Both the position numbers and the translations under genes were made by a program. DNA of 63,144 nt. Origin: Fibrobacteria bacterium. GTDB lineage: Bacteria; Fibrobacterota; Fibrobacteria; UBA11236. Positions 28,110 to 37,170 of this stretch are shown here, piece after piece. Location of the stretch: assembly GCA_041746255.1 (NCBI GenBank), contig JBGTHM010000090.1:1-63144 (forward strand). Reading direction: 5' to 3'. Every line of letters starts with the position of its first letter. Within the stretch, counting starts at the first letter, position 1. The notes beneath the pieces are model-generated. The model searched no databases, was not told the DNA's origin, and saw only the letters and a program-made list of their open reading frames with translations.

Positions 28110-28321
28110 GATGGCCCTAGGCTGGCCCAAGCGCAAGGTCGAAATAGCGAGCGAACCTCTAGAGCACCCTTCTCTTTTTCCTCTATACTCATTTTGAGTA
28201 CACGCAAAACAAGCCGGAATCGCCAGAATAGCCCCAAATTTGCCGAAATTTACCCAAAATAGCTATGCGCAAATTGAGCATAGTGAAAAAATCCGGCCCG
28301 GCCCTCGGAAGGCTCACCCCG
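28110..28321. repeat. Copy 2 of the 212-bp direct repeat
   Basis: Offset 820 bp from copy 1; TACTCATTTTGAGTA at 28186-28200 and CTATGCGCAAATTGAGCATAG at 28263-28283. Confidence 0.92.
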
Positions 28322-28390
28322 ACAATTCCATCGATTATAATCGAGGAAAGGCCTATTTTCGGAAATCGTATCGACTATATTCGAACTCTT

Positions 28391-29524
28391 TCAAATTTTG
28401 CCGCCCGCCGCGTCCTGAATCACCCGAATCACCCTATCCTGGTCCATTTCCGATAGATAAGGATGCATAGGCAAACTGAATATGAAGCTGGACGCCCTCT
28501 CGGCCTCCGGCAAGTCGCCCTTTTGGTAACCCAGGTAGGCGAAAGCCTCCTGCAGGTGCAACGGCTTGGGATAATACACCGCCGTGGGAATCCCCTCGGC
28601 CTGCAAGGCCGCCAATATCCGGGCCTTCTCCACGCCACGCACCGAATATTGCGCCCAGGCCGAGCGATATCCCGGGGGAACCACCGGGCATTCCACCACG
28701 GAAGATAGTGCCGAGGTATAGCGGGCGGCGATGGTCTCGCGCATGATTAATTCTTCCTTAAAAATTTCCAGTTTGGCCAACAACACGGCGGCCTGCAAGG
28801 TGTCCAAACGGCCGTTCAAACCCAGGCGGATATGCTCGTATTTGTCGGCGCGCATGCCATGCGAGCGTATGGAAATCAACCTCTCGGCCAATGCATCGTC
28901 GCTGGTGAACACCGCGCCACCATCGCCATAACAACCTAACGGCTTGGAAGGAAAGAAGCTCGTTGCCGTCATTTCCGCCAGATTGCCCACCTGACCGCCG
29001 ACGTCCCCAGCCTCCACACTGCCGCCCAGGCTTTGCGCCGCATCCGCAAGCACGAACAAACCACGGCTTTCGGCCAGGCGGTTGATCCGGGAATAATCCG
29101 CCGGCAAACCGAACAGATCCACGGGAATAACCCCGCGCGCCCGCAAACCCCCGCCGGCCAGGCCATCCACGGCCTTCGCCAATTTCTCCGGGTCGAGATT
29201 CAAGGTAACCGGATCGATGTCCACGAACACCGGGGTCGCTCCCAATAACGCTATGGCCTCCGCCGTCGCGATAAAAGTAAACGGCGATGTGAAAACCGCG
29301 TCGCCCGGACCCACGCCCTTGGCCATCAACGCCATCAGCAATGCATCCGTCCCGCTGGAGCAGGCGATGCAATGCGCCGCACCGGTAAACCCGCTCAAGC
29401 GCCCTTCGAGTTCCACTACTTCGGGGCCCTGCACATACCGACCGTGTTCCAATACCTTATCCATGCGTTCTCGAACAGAGGCCTCGAGGCGTCGGTATTG
29501 GGATTTCAGATCAACAAATTCCAT
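28391..29524 (-). CDS. DegT/DnrJ/EryC1/StrS aminotransferase (WbpE-like)
   Basis: SGTDAL, FTFIATAE, DAAQSLG, TSFFPSKPLGCYGDGG, NGRLDTLQA, SLPMHP. Confidence 0.92.
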   Translation of the reverse strand: MEFVDLKSQYRRLEASVRERMDKVLEHGRYVQGPEVVELEGRLSGFTGAAHCIACSSGTDALLMALMAKGVGPGDAVFTSPFTFIATAEAIALLGATPVFVDIDPVTLNLDPEKLAKAVDGLAGGGLRARGVIPVDLFGLPADYSRINRLAESRGLFVLADAAQSLGGSVEAGDVGGQVGNLAEMTATSFFPSKPLGCYGDGGAVFTSDDALAERLISIRSHGMRADKYEHIRLGLNGRLDTLQAAVLLAKLEIFKEELIMRETIAARYTSALSSVVECPVVPPGYRSAWAQYSVRGVEKARILAALQAEGIPTAVYYPKPLHLQEAFAYLGYQKGDLPEAERASSFIFSLPMHPYLSEMDQDRVIRVIQDAAGGKI

Positions 29525-30266
29525 GGATTTCTTTCAGGTTCATAATCTCATCCTTCCGACCCGACAGGAGCCATTCTTCGGCAATCTCAATGTCGAACTC
29601 GCTATGAAAATCCCGACCGGTCACCCAATTTCGGATAATCGGAAAACTGTTCTTTCCCATCCACCACCAGGGATTAGGGCCCAGGCGCGTAAAAGCGCAC
29701 CCATGGCGAAAGGTCCACACTCCCTGATCATAGTAATACACCGGCGGATAGGCCTGGCGCGAAGTGGTGCATTCGATTTGCATAAAAGACTCGAGATACC
29801 CCCGGTCGTTCAAGCGAAGCGCCCGATAGGGATGATCGTCCTGGGCCTGCCATACGCTCATCACCGAATCCATATCCGACCGCGCTTCCAGAATTTGTAG
29901 ACTGAGGTCGATGAGCCCCCCGGATACCATCACAGTGTTGCCCAATAATACCGTCACGCAATTCAGGTCGGGCATGCGATCCCGTATTTTCAGCACCCCA
30001 TGCTGGATGACATCTCCATGGTTGGCATCGGGCAAGGCTAATTCGTCGGGTCGGTCGATAACCTCGCACCCCAGGCTCAAAGCCAGGTCGCTGATGTGGG
30101 AGTCTTCGGTCGATACATAGACCTTGGCAATACGCTCGGCCGCTTGCGCGGCCTCGATAACATGCTGCAAACTCGGCTTACCGGCCACCAGGGCCAGATT
30201 TTTATCGGCAATACTTTGGTTATTTCCCCGGGCGGTGATAAGGGCGGCATGGAGGGAAGCAGCCAT
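29511..30266 (-). CDS. Acylneuraminate/Kdo cytidylyltransferase family protein (NeuA-like)
   Basis: ALITARGNNQSIADKNL, VYVSTED, IDRPDELA; ATG 30266 overlaps the vapC stop (TAATG). Confidence 0.8.
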   Translation of the reverse strand: MAASLHAALITARGNNQSIADKNLALVAGKPSLQHVIEAAQAAERIAKVYVSTEDSHISDLALSLGCEVIDRPDELALPDANHGDVIQHGVLKIRDRMPDLNCVTVLLGNTVMVSGGLIDLSLQILEARSDMDSVMSVWQAQDDHPYRALRLNDRGYLESFMQIECTTSRQAYPPVYYYDQGVWTFRHGCAFTRLGPNPWWWMGKNSFPIIRNWVTGRDFHSEFDIEIAEEWLLSGRKDEIMNLKEIHGIC

Positions 30267-30670
30267 TATCGCTCCACCCAATTTTCAACCGTGAGACCGG
30301 GAACCCGGGAAAACTCCCGCTCATTGTTCGTAACCACCGGCACTGCCAAGGCCAGGGCATGCGCCGCAATTAATAAGTCCATGGCTCCGATGGAACTGCC
30401 CTGTCGCTCCAACAGGGTTCGGATTTTACCGTAGTGAAAAGCCGCGCTTTCCTCGAAAGGAAGGATTTCCAGCGGGAGTAAAAATTCCTGCAAGGCATCC
30501 TGATTTCGTTCCGCGTTCTGACTTTTAGCGACGCCATACTGTAATTCCGACACGGTAATGGTAGACACCCCGACATCTCCCACCTGCAAGGATTGGAAAC
30601 GTTTATGCACTTCGGGGGGCTTTTTTTTAATGAGATAAATGCAAATATTCGTATCCAGCAAATACTTCAC
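30266..30670 (-). CDS. vapC: VapC PIN-domain toxin
   Basis: YLLDTNICIY, ITVSELQYG, IGAMDLLIAAHA, VTNNEREFSRVPGL. Confidence 0.95.
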   Translation of the reverse strand: MKYLLDTNICIYLIKKKPPEVHKRFQSLQVGDVGVSTITVSELQYGVAKSQNAERNQDALQEFLLPLEILPFEESAAFHYGKIRTLLERQGSSIGAMDLLIAAHALALAVPVVTNNEREFSRVPGLTVENWVER

Positions 30671-30894
30671 AAATCTTCCCGGTATTGCGAATCGGGCTGA
30701 TTTCTTTCCGCCATAAAGTCATCGCTGAACTTATCCAGACTGGTCAGTAAAGAGTCCCAGGGCTTGTCCTTGGAAAAAAGCAGCACGCCATTGTTCACTT
30801 TTTTAAGGTAAACCTCGGACCCCTTGAAGCGGAATTCTTTAGGTAGCCTTACCGCCTGGCTTTGGCCGTTTTGGAATAATTTAGCGGATTGCAT
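30667..30894 (-). CDS. vapB: VapB antitoxin (AbrB/MazE fold)
   Basis: AKLFQNGQSQAVRLPKEFRF...DDFMAERNQP. Confidence 0.95.
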   Translation of the reverse strand: MQSAKLFQNGQSQAVRLPKEFRFKGSEVYLKKVNNGVLLFSKDKPWDSLLTSLDKFSDDFMAERNQPDSQYREDL

Positions 30895-30904
30895 CCTACC
30901 CCCA

Positions 30905-30928
30905 AGTATATATACTCTAGTATATACT
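30905..30928. promoter_or_regulatory. Tandem palindromic vapBC operators
   Basis: AGTATATATACT (30905-30916) and AGTATATACT (30919-30928) immediately upstream of vapB. Confidence 0.7.
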
Positions 30929-30987
30929 TTTTCGGGAAATACAACAAGCCCATGCGGTTTTACGGTCGGCCTGAACGGTGTGGGAGG

Positions 30988-31458
30988 TTATTTCACCAGT
31001 AAATAAGCCAAATAGGCCCAAATCGGGGCCATCAGCAACCCGAAAAACACCCCATTTTTTACGAATAGCGACTCAATCAAGAGCATATGGTGGGCCTGGG
31101 CGCGATTCAAAGTGAGGGTGAGAAAATCGGTTTTGAGGGGCAGATTGAGAATATCATAGGCTCCGAGCTGCAAATGCCCGAAGGCATCCGTCTCTTCATT
31201 TTTATAGGCCGCCACCAGAATAATGGTATTGCGGCGCACCAGGCGAATGAGTTTGAAAAGCCGTTTCGGGAAGATCCTGAGAACGGGAACATCCAGGATA
31301 AGAATCGGTTGTTTGTGGGCCCGGAACCGGCGCACCCCTTCGAGCTGGGTGGAGCAATATTCCACGAAATATCCATAACCCGAAAGCAGGGTCACCAGCT
31401 CGTTGCGCACATCCGGGCGCTTGCTGATAACCAGAACCCTATGCCTGTTGGCGCTCAT
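30988..31458 (-). CDS. Atypical receiver (CheY-like) domain protein with C-terminal TM helix
   Basis: RVLVIS...LILDVP...IILVAA...GAYDILNLP receiver pattern without the acidic pair or conserved Lys; hydrophobic C-terminus. Confidence 0.7.
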   Translation of the reverse strand: MSANRHRVLVISKRPDVRNELVTLLSGYGYFVEYCSTQLEGVRRFRAHKQPILILDVPVLRIFPKRLFKLIRLVRRNTIILVAAYKNEETDAFGHLQLGAYDILNLPLKTDFLTLTLNRAQAHHMLLIESLFVKNGVFFGLLMAPIWAYLAYLLVK

Positions 31459-33025
31459 CCTGGGCCTTTTTTAACGCCAACTGGGCTAGCGAGAATTTCT
31501 GATGGACCTCTACGACTTTAGGCCTGCGCTGAACCGTTTCGAAACTGGCCAACTCGCGAATGAGGTCGGGCACGCGTACGGGCTTTTCCACCAAATGCAC
31601 CGAAGTGAAACCGTCGGGATTGAGTTTCCGGATTTTCTCCAATTCGGCGTGGCCTGCGACAACCACCGCCCGACAATCGTGGAATTCGGCCTCGCGCAAA
31701 ACATGCGTCCACTGCTCCTCGAATTTTTCCGGGTCGGCATTGTAGAGCAAGACCGCCGCCAAATCATGACCCAAAAATTTGGTCATTTTTTGATCAACAG
31801 GTAAAAATTCGAATTGGTTTTGATTCAGGCTTTTCAGCGAATGGGTGAAGAGCTCGTCAGGGTCGATAAGTCCTACGATACGGCCCGGTAACTGTTTCAT
31901 GCGGGGAATGTAAATCCAGGATTGGTTACCGAGGAAACCCAGCCGGTTGAGTACGAGAAAAAGCGAGACGATTAGGTAAGCCAACACCGCCAACCCCATC
32001 CCTGTATCCACCCGGGAAACTATGACCGCCGCGCTATTCAAGCTCGCGGCCACCAGCACCAGTAAAAAAGTTGACTGGAGATGCGACATGCCCAGGTAAA
32101 CCATGCGATGGTGCAAATGCTCGTTGTCGGCGTGGAACATGCGCACCATGCGGGAAAGAAACTTCTTGTGCCCATGGCATTTGAAGCGCCGCACCATGGC
32201 CACCGAAATATCGAAAATGGGATAGCCCAGTATCAAAAGGGGGACCAGAAAACTATATGTCGCTCCGGCCAGGGGCAGCTCCATCAAGCGCAGGGTCAAA
32301 ATCGCCAGGGTGGCGCCGAGAAATTGCGAGCCGGTGTCTCCCAGAAAAATTTTATGGTTCGTGGAAAAATTGTGGACCAGAAAACCCAAGGTAAGCCCGC
32401 CCAATACCAGGCAGACCATCATGATGCCTTGGGCGGAATTGGCATTGCCGAGAATGGCCAGAGTGGCGAAAGCACACAGGGCCACCCCCCCCGCCAAGCC
32501 ATCGATACCGTCGATAATGTTAAAGGCGTTCATTACACCGACAATCCAGAAAAGGGAAAGCACGCTACCCCAATATCCCAGTTCCCAGGTATATCCGAAA
32601 AGATTCAACCTATCGAAATGCAATCCGAAATAATAGACCACCGCCGCCGACAGAGCGAATTGAAAAATGAACTTGGTTTTGAAGCTGATGGGGCGGATAT
32701 CGTCCAGAGAACCGGTCGCGAGGAGAAAAAGCGAAACGAAGCCCAGCGTTAGGGTTAGACGATCACTGACCAGGGGCAAAGCGTCTTTAAACAGAAAATG
32801 ATTGAGGATTCCTACCGCGAAAAATGCCAGAATCATGCCCAGACCGCCCAGACGGGGAATAATTTGCTGGTGCACCTTGCGGTGATCGGGAGCGTCACCG
32901 AAATGGAAGCGCAGGGGAGTACGCAAGAGAAGAGCGATGGTAGACACCGAAAAAACGAAGGCGAGCAGGATTAAAGAGGCGTACATGGAAATTGTATTAT
33001 TGATTAAGACCACAAGAACTTTCAA
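31439..33025 (-). CDS. WecA/MraY-family undecaprenyl-phosphate GlcNAc-1-phosphate transferase with C-terminal receiver-like extension
   Basis: RKVH, PRLGG, GSLDD, NAFNIIDGIDGLA, IFLGDTGS, HLHH; about 150 extra soluble residues ending VEKPVRVPDL; true start may be ATG 32986. Confidence 0.88.
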   Translation of the reverse strand: MKVLVVLINNTISMYASLILLAFVFSVSTIALLLRTPLRFHFGDAPDHRKVHQQIIPRLGGLGMILAFFAVGILNHFLFKDALPLVSDRLTLTLGFVSLFLLATGSLDDIRPISFKTKFIFQFALSAAVVYYFGLHFDRLNLFGYTWELGYWGSVLSLFWIVGVMNAFNIIDGIDGLAGGVALCAFATLAILGNANSAQGIMMVCLVLGGLTLGFLVHNFSTNHKIFLGDTGSQFLGATLAILTLRLMELPLAGATYSFLVPLLILGYPIFDISVAMVRRFKCHGHKKFLSRMVRMFHADNEHLHHRMVYLGMSHLQSTFLLVLVAASLNSAAVIVSRVDTGMGLAVLAYLIVSLFLVLNRLGFLGNQSWIYIPRMKQLPGRIVGLIDPDELFTHSLKSLNQNQFEFLPVDQKMTKFLGHDLAAVLLYNADPEKFEEQWTHVLREAEFHDCRAVVVAGHAELEKIRKLNPDGFTSVHLVEKPVRVPDLIRELASFETVQRRPKVVEVHQKFSLAQLALKKAQDERQQA

Positions 33026-33075
33026 GCAAGATTTTGCCTAACCTTATATCGACAAACACTTTGGCCGGCTTTAAA

Positions 33076-34737
33076 ATGATAACTCCTCTGGTGCTGCTGC
33101 TTTCGGGCTGGCTAGGCATAGCGGAAACCTGGGGCGAAATCCCCCCAGGCAAACTCGTGCTCCCGGAAGAACCGGCGGCATTTTGGAACCGTCATTCGTC
33201 GGGTAATGGTTCTCAAGGTAATTATTCCTCGGTTTGGCCCAAGGCTTGGAGTGAAATCCGTTCTGATTCCGTTGGAAATAAAAACTTCGACCGGATCCGC
33301 GTTTCCACGCATCTGGGTTTCGATGCTACGGGCAAACATTATCCCTTTGGCCTGCCCTTCGAGAATTTCGGCGGCAATTGGGCTTCCTATCGCGTCACTC
33401 CCGAGGCGGCCAAAGCCTGGCGCGACGCGCCGCCGTTACTCCGTTTGGAAGTCGGCCATTCCCTGGGGCCCAAGGCTTATCTCTACCTCCGGGGCGATTT
33501 ACGCCGCGATTTGCGCGCCTGGCACGAAGACGCGACCGGCTTCAATGCCCCCCTGGGTGCCGCCCAGGTCAACCTCAACGAGCCCTCACTCGGGTATTTT
33601 TCCTATACCGGCGATTTTCTCGACCTGCAATTAGGCCGTTTTCCCCTGCATTGGGGCCCTGCTTTTGAACACTCGGTGACCTTGAGCTCGGCCGTGCCCC
33701 ACCACGACGGCTTCGTGATTACGGCCAAAATGCCCCGGGCCCGTTATCACTTCCTGTTTTCCAGCCTCGACTCCTGGCTCGAAGGCAAGCCTCCCGGCGG
33801 CCAGGCCTCCCACAACTACCCCGTGGGCTCGGAAGAATACCGGCAGCGGAACTACTCCTCCACACATAACAGCAATCCGCATAGACGAGTATATGACGAA
33901 CGGATCAAAACCCTGGTCGGACACAGACTCACCTTCGATTTGGGTCCGCTGGAGCTGGGTCTTTCCGAAATCCAGGTTATCGGTGGGAAAACTCCCGATT
34001 TCCGATCCGCCAACCCCTTCACCGTATTCCATAATCAATTCCACGATGGCTTTACCAATGGGGGCATTGGCATCGATTTCCGCTGGAGAGCAGGCCGGGG
34101 GTTCCATCTGCTGGGAGAAACTTTTCTCGACGACTTGGAATGGTCCGATACCGAAGGCAATGGCAATACTCCCAATTTGGCCGGTTATCTGGGCGGGGTG
34201 GAGCATGCTTTTATGCAACCCCGCTGGTCTTTGGCGCAAAGCCTCACCTTCGTCTATACCCAGCCCTTTCTCTATCACTTTTTCCAGCCTTACAACACGC
34301 TGTATTCGCGGCACATCCTCACCAGCAATTACCAGGAAGACGACCATGTCGATTTCGTGGATAAATTCGTGGTGGATTATCCCCTGGGTTACATTCGCGG
34401 AGGGGATGCCGTCGACCTCTGGTATTCCGCCCGTTTCACCCTGCCACCGCGTCTGAATGCGCAATTGCTATTGGGTTGGCTGCAAAGTGGGGATAAGGGA
34501 TTGTACACGCCATTTGAGACGTATTTTTCCGGCGACCCGAGCGACGATTCCCCACCTTCAGGCATGGTAGAGCGGGAATTCCGGGCGCATACCCGTGGGA
34601 GTTATTTATTGGGAAGAGATTTTTCCCTTTCGCTCGCGGCGAGTTACCGTTTTGTACGCAATGAGTTCCATGTGAAGGACCGCATCGGGGAGCATTGGCA
34701 TGCCGGTGCAGGGATTTCCTACACTTTTTCACGGTAA
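33076..34737 (+). CDS. Outer-membrane beta-barrel protein, capsule assembly Wzi-like
   Basis: Signal peptide from ATG 33076 (ORF open from 33034); LQLGRFPLHWGP, GHRL, GLSE, FLDD, YPLGY; aromatic C-terminal strand. Confidence 0.75.
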   Translation: MITPLVLLLSGWLGIAETWGEIPPGKLVLPEEPAAFWNRHSSGNGSQGNYSSVWPKAWSEIRSDSVGNKNFDRIRVSTHLGFDATGKHYPFGLPFENFGGNWASYRVTPEAAKAWRDAPPLLRLEVGHSLGPKAYLYLRGDLRRDLRAWHEDATGFNAPLGAAQVNLNEPSLGYFSYTGDFLDLQLGRFPLHWGPAFEHSVTLSSAVPHHDGFVITAKMPRARYHFLFSSLDSWLEGKPPGGQASHNYPVGSEEYRQRNYSSTHNSNPHRRVYDERIKTLVGHRLTFDLGPLELGLSEIQVIGGKTPDFRSANPFTVFHNQFHDGFTNGGIGIDFRWRAGRGFHLLGETFLDDLEWSDTEGNGNTPNLAGYLGGVEHAFMQPRWSLAQSLTFVYTQPFLYHFFQPYNTLYSRHILTSNYQEDDHVDFVDKFVVDYPLGYIRGGDAVDLWYSARFTLPPRLNAQLLLGWLQSGDKGLYTPFETYFSGDPSDDSPPSGMVEREFRAHTRGSYLLGRDFSLSLAASYRFVRNEFHVKDRIGEHWHAGAGISYTFSR

Positions 34738-34813
34738 AACCTGTTACTTTGCTGGCTTATCGCCAAAACGGTTTTAGACAGTCATTTCCCGAATTTCTAA
34801 TATAGGGCGTTCC

Positions 34814-37150
34814 ATGACAACGACTTACAGGTTTGGATTTCTCCTTACCCCCCTGGCACTGTTACCGCTTCTGCTTTGTGCGCTTTCCTTCGGGCAAGGC
34901 CTCGAAGACAGGCTGAGCCAATCGCGGCAATTGCAGGCGCAACAAATGATGGGCGTGGATCAACGGACCATGGACTCGCTGCTCGCCGAGAGGAGAAGGC
35001 AAGCCGGACAACAAGGGCCTGCCGGGCTTTCCGCCCCCGGGGACAGGGCGGAAGAGGCGGTGCTGGACTCAATGATTGCCGGCCCACAGGGATACCGGGA
35101 TCCGGAATATGCGGGCGCCTCTACCGATACCTTGCCGGACAGCATTGCCATCGACAGTTTGGGAAATCGCGTCCGGATCCCCCGCAGGGCTAAGGTGCCT
35201 AAACGCTATGAGCAGCGGATCTTCCAGAACGTGGATAAAAGCGCCTTCTCCGGTACGGCCAGCGCGGTGGGGCGCAGCTATGTTTTGCGGCCCGGCGATA
35301 ATGTCATCGTATCGCTATGGGGCGATAAGGAACGGCAATACAACCTGGTCCTGAATTCCGAAGGACAGGTCTTTCTCGAAGGCGTAGGCCTGGTACCGGT
35401 GAGCGGGCTGAACCTGGAGCAGGGTGAAGCGCGCCTGAAAGAACGGCTCGCGCGTATCTATTCGGGTATCAACCGTGGTACGGCCTTCGTAAATCTCTCC
35501 ATGAGCCAATCCGGTCCCATCCGGGTTTTCGTGCTGGGTGAGATGAAAACCCCCGGCGGCTATGTTTTCTCGGGTAACTCCAGCATTTTAAGCGTGATGT
35601 ATTATGCCGGAGGCCCCACCGATATCGGAACGGTGCGAAACCTGGTTCTGAACCGGAGCGGAAATAAGATTCCGCTCGACTTGTACAGTTATCTCATCCG
35701 CGGGGAAACCCTGACCCCCGATATTTTACAGGACGGCGATATTCTTTTCTCCGGCCGCGCCGAAGCCCTGGTGGAAATCAAAGGCGATGTTGGTCGTCCC
35801 GCCACCTACGAAATGAAAAAGGGAGAGGGCGTCAAGGAGTTGCTGGAATTCGCGGGCGGCCTAAACGCCACGGCGGCCACACAGAAAATGACCCTGCAAC
35901 GGATTTTCCCCTCAGGGAAAATCGACTATATCGATTTGCCGCCCCCACGGGAGTTCTTGACCGGTACGGCCACGGTGGAGTTGCAAGACGGCGATAAAAT
36001 CCTGGTGGAAAAATCCACCGAGCCCAGCAAAGATTTTATCACGGTTACGGGTCCGGTTAAATATCCCGGTACCTATGCTTCCGAGAGTATTCGCACAGTG
36101 CAACAATTGGTGGAAAAGGCCGGCGGCCTGCGCGAAGACGCCTTTTTGGGACGGGTGCATGTGGTGCGCTTTAATCCCGACGGTTCCAGTCAATTGTTTG
36201 CCTACTCGCTGGAAGAAACCGAAGTCGACTCGATTCAATTGGCGCCTCGCGACAATGTGTTGTTATACAGCACCAAGGACATGTACCTGCCCGACAGCGT
36301 GGAAATCGCGGGGGCGGTTTTCGTGCCCGGAAAATTTGAGTACCGGGAGGGCATGACGGTCAAGGACCTGGTGATGCAGGCGGGCGGCTACTTGCCGCAT
36401 CATGAAAGAGGCAAGGCCTTGGTATTTCGGGGCGGGGAGCGCGAAGCCAAGGTGGAGCAGTTGGATTTGGAAATCGAATACGGATTGGGTAGGAGCGGGG
36501 ACCATTATCCGCTGCAACCAAAAGATTTGGTGCATATTCCCGTGGATCCCCGCTATTACAAAAAGGAAATCGTATCCCTTGAAGGGTTGTTCATGAGGCC
36601 TGGGAAGTATGCGCTTTTATATCCTGGAGAGAAGATGTCTTCGGTCATCCAAAGGGCGGGAGGGTTTAAGGAGAGCGCCTATATAGACGGTGGACGGTTT
36701 TATCGCGCGAAGGATAGCATCGGTAGGGTGGGAGTGGACTTCGCCACCGCTCTGAAGCGGCCCAATCGTAAAACCAATATTTCTTTGGTGGGTGGGGATA
36801 GCCTATATATTCCGGAGCGTTCGAATACGGTTAAAGTTATTGGAGAGGTGGGTTTCGAAACCAGCGTGTTATATAAGGAGGGGGCTTCGGTTCGCTATTA
36901 TATCGGTAGGGCGGGTGGATTCACCGAGCGGAGCCGTAAAGGAAGTATCGTGATTGAATATGCCAATGGGGAAACGGCGGAGAACGGGATGTGGGTGAGA
37001 TCGCCGGATGCTGGGAGCGTGATTTTCGTACCGCAGGGGCCGGAGCCGGTGCCGATTGATTGGATGGGGGGGATGAATGCCATTGTAGGTACCCTCTCCG
37101 CCAGCGCAGCCCTTATACTCTCTATTTTGATTATTCAGGAGCGGATTTAG
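34814..37150 (+). CDS. SLBB-repeat polysaccharide export protein
   Basis: Signal peptide, YVLRPGD, repeated G.V..PG.Y and AGG units, C-terminal helix. Confidence 0.9.
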   Translation: MTTTYRFGFLLTPLALLPLLLCALSFGQGLEDRLSQSRQLQAQQMMGVDQRTMDSLLAERRRQAGQQGPAGLSAPGDRAEEAVLDSMIAGPQGYRDPEYAGASTDTLPDSIAIDSLGNRVRIPRRAKVPKRYEQRIFQNVDKSAFSGTASAVGRSYVLRPGDNVIVSLWGDKERQYNLVLNSEGQVFLEGVGLVPVSGLNLEQGEARLKERLARIYSGINRGTAFVNLSMSQSGPIRVFVLGEMKTPGGYVFSGNSSILSVMYYAGGPTDIGTVRNLVLNRSGNKIPLDLYSYLIRGETLTPDILQDGDILFSGRAEALVEIKGDVGRPATYEMKKGEGVKELLEFAGGLNATAATQKMTLQRIFPSGKIDYIDLPPPREFLTGTATVELQDGDKILVEKSTEPSKDFITVTGPVKYPGTYASESIRTVQQLVEKAGGLREDAFLGRVHVVRFNPDGSSQLFAYSLEETEVDSIQLAPRDNVLLYSTKDMYLPDSVEIAGAVFVPGKFEYREGMTVKDLVMQAGGYLPHHERGKALVFRGGEREAKVEQLDLEIEYGLGRSGDHYPLQPKDLVHIPVDPRYYKKEIVSLEGLFMRPGKYALLYPGEKMSSVIQRAGGFKESAYIDGGRFYRAKDSIGRVGVDFATALKRPNRKTNISLVGGDSLYIPERSNTVKVIGEVGFETSVLYKEGASVRYYIGRAGGFTERSRKGSIVIEYANGETAENGMWVRSPDAGSVIFVPQGPEPVPIDWMGGMNAIVGTLSASAALILSILIIQERI

Positions 37151-37170
37151 TTTGATGGCGGATTTATAAT

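Noticed and set aside
27196..28237. Two paralogous small ORFs inside the 212-bp repeats (27196-27408, 27989-28237)
   Set aside because: Differences between copies are mostly non-synonymous and starts and stops are not conserved, so the repeat is conserved as DNA rather than protein.
27290..28321. CRISPR array or integron attC sites
   Set aside because: Only two long copies with no short repeat-spacer periodicity, no cas or intI, and no RYYYAAC/GTTRRRY fold-back ends.
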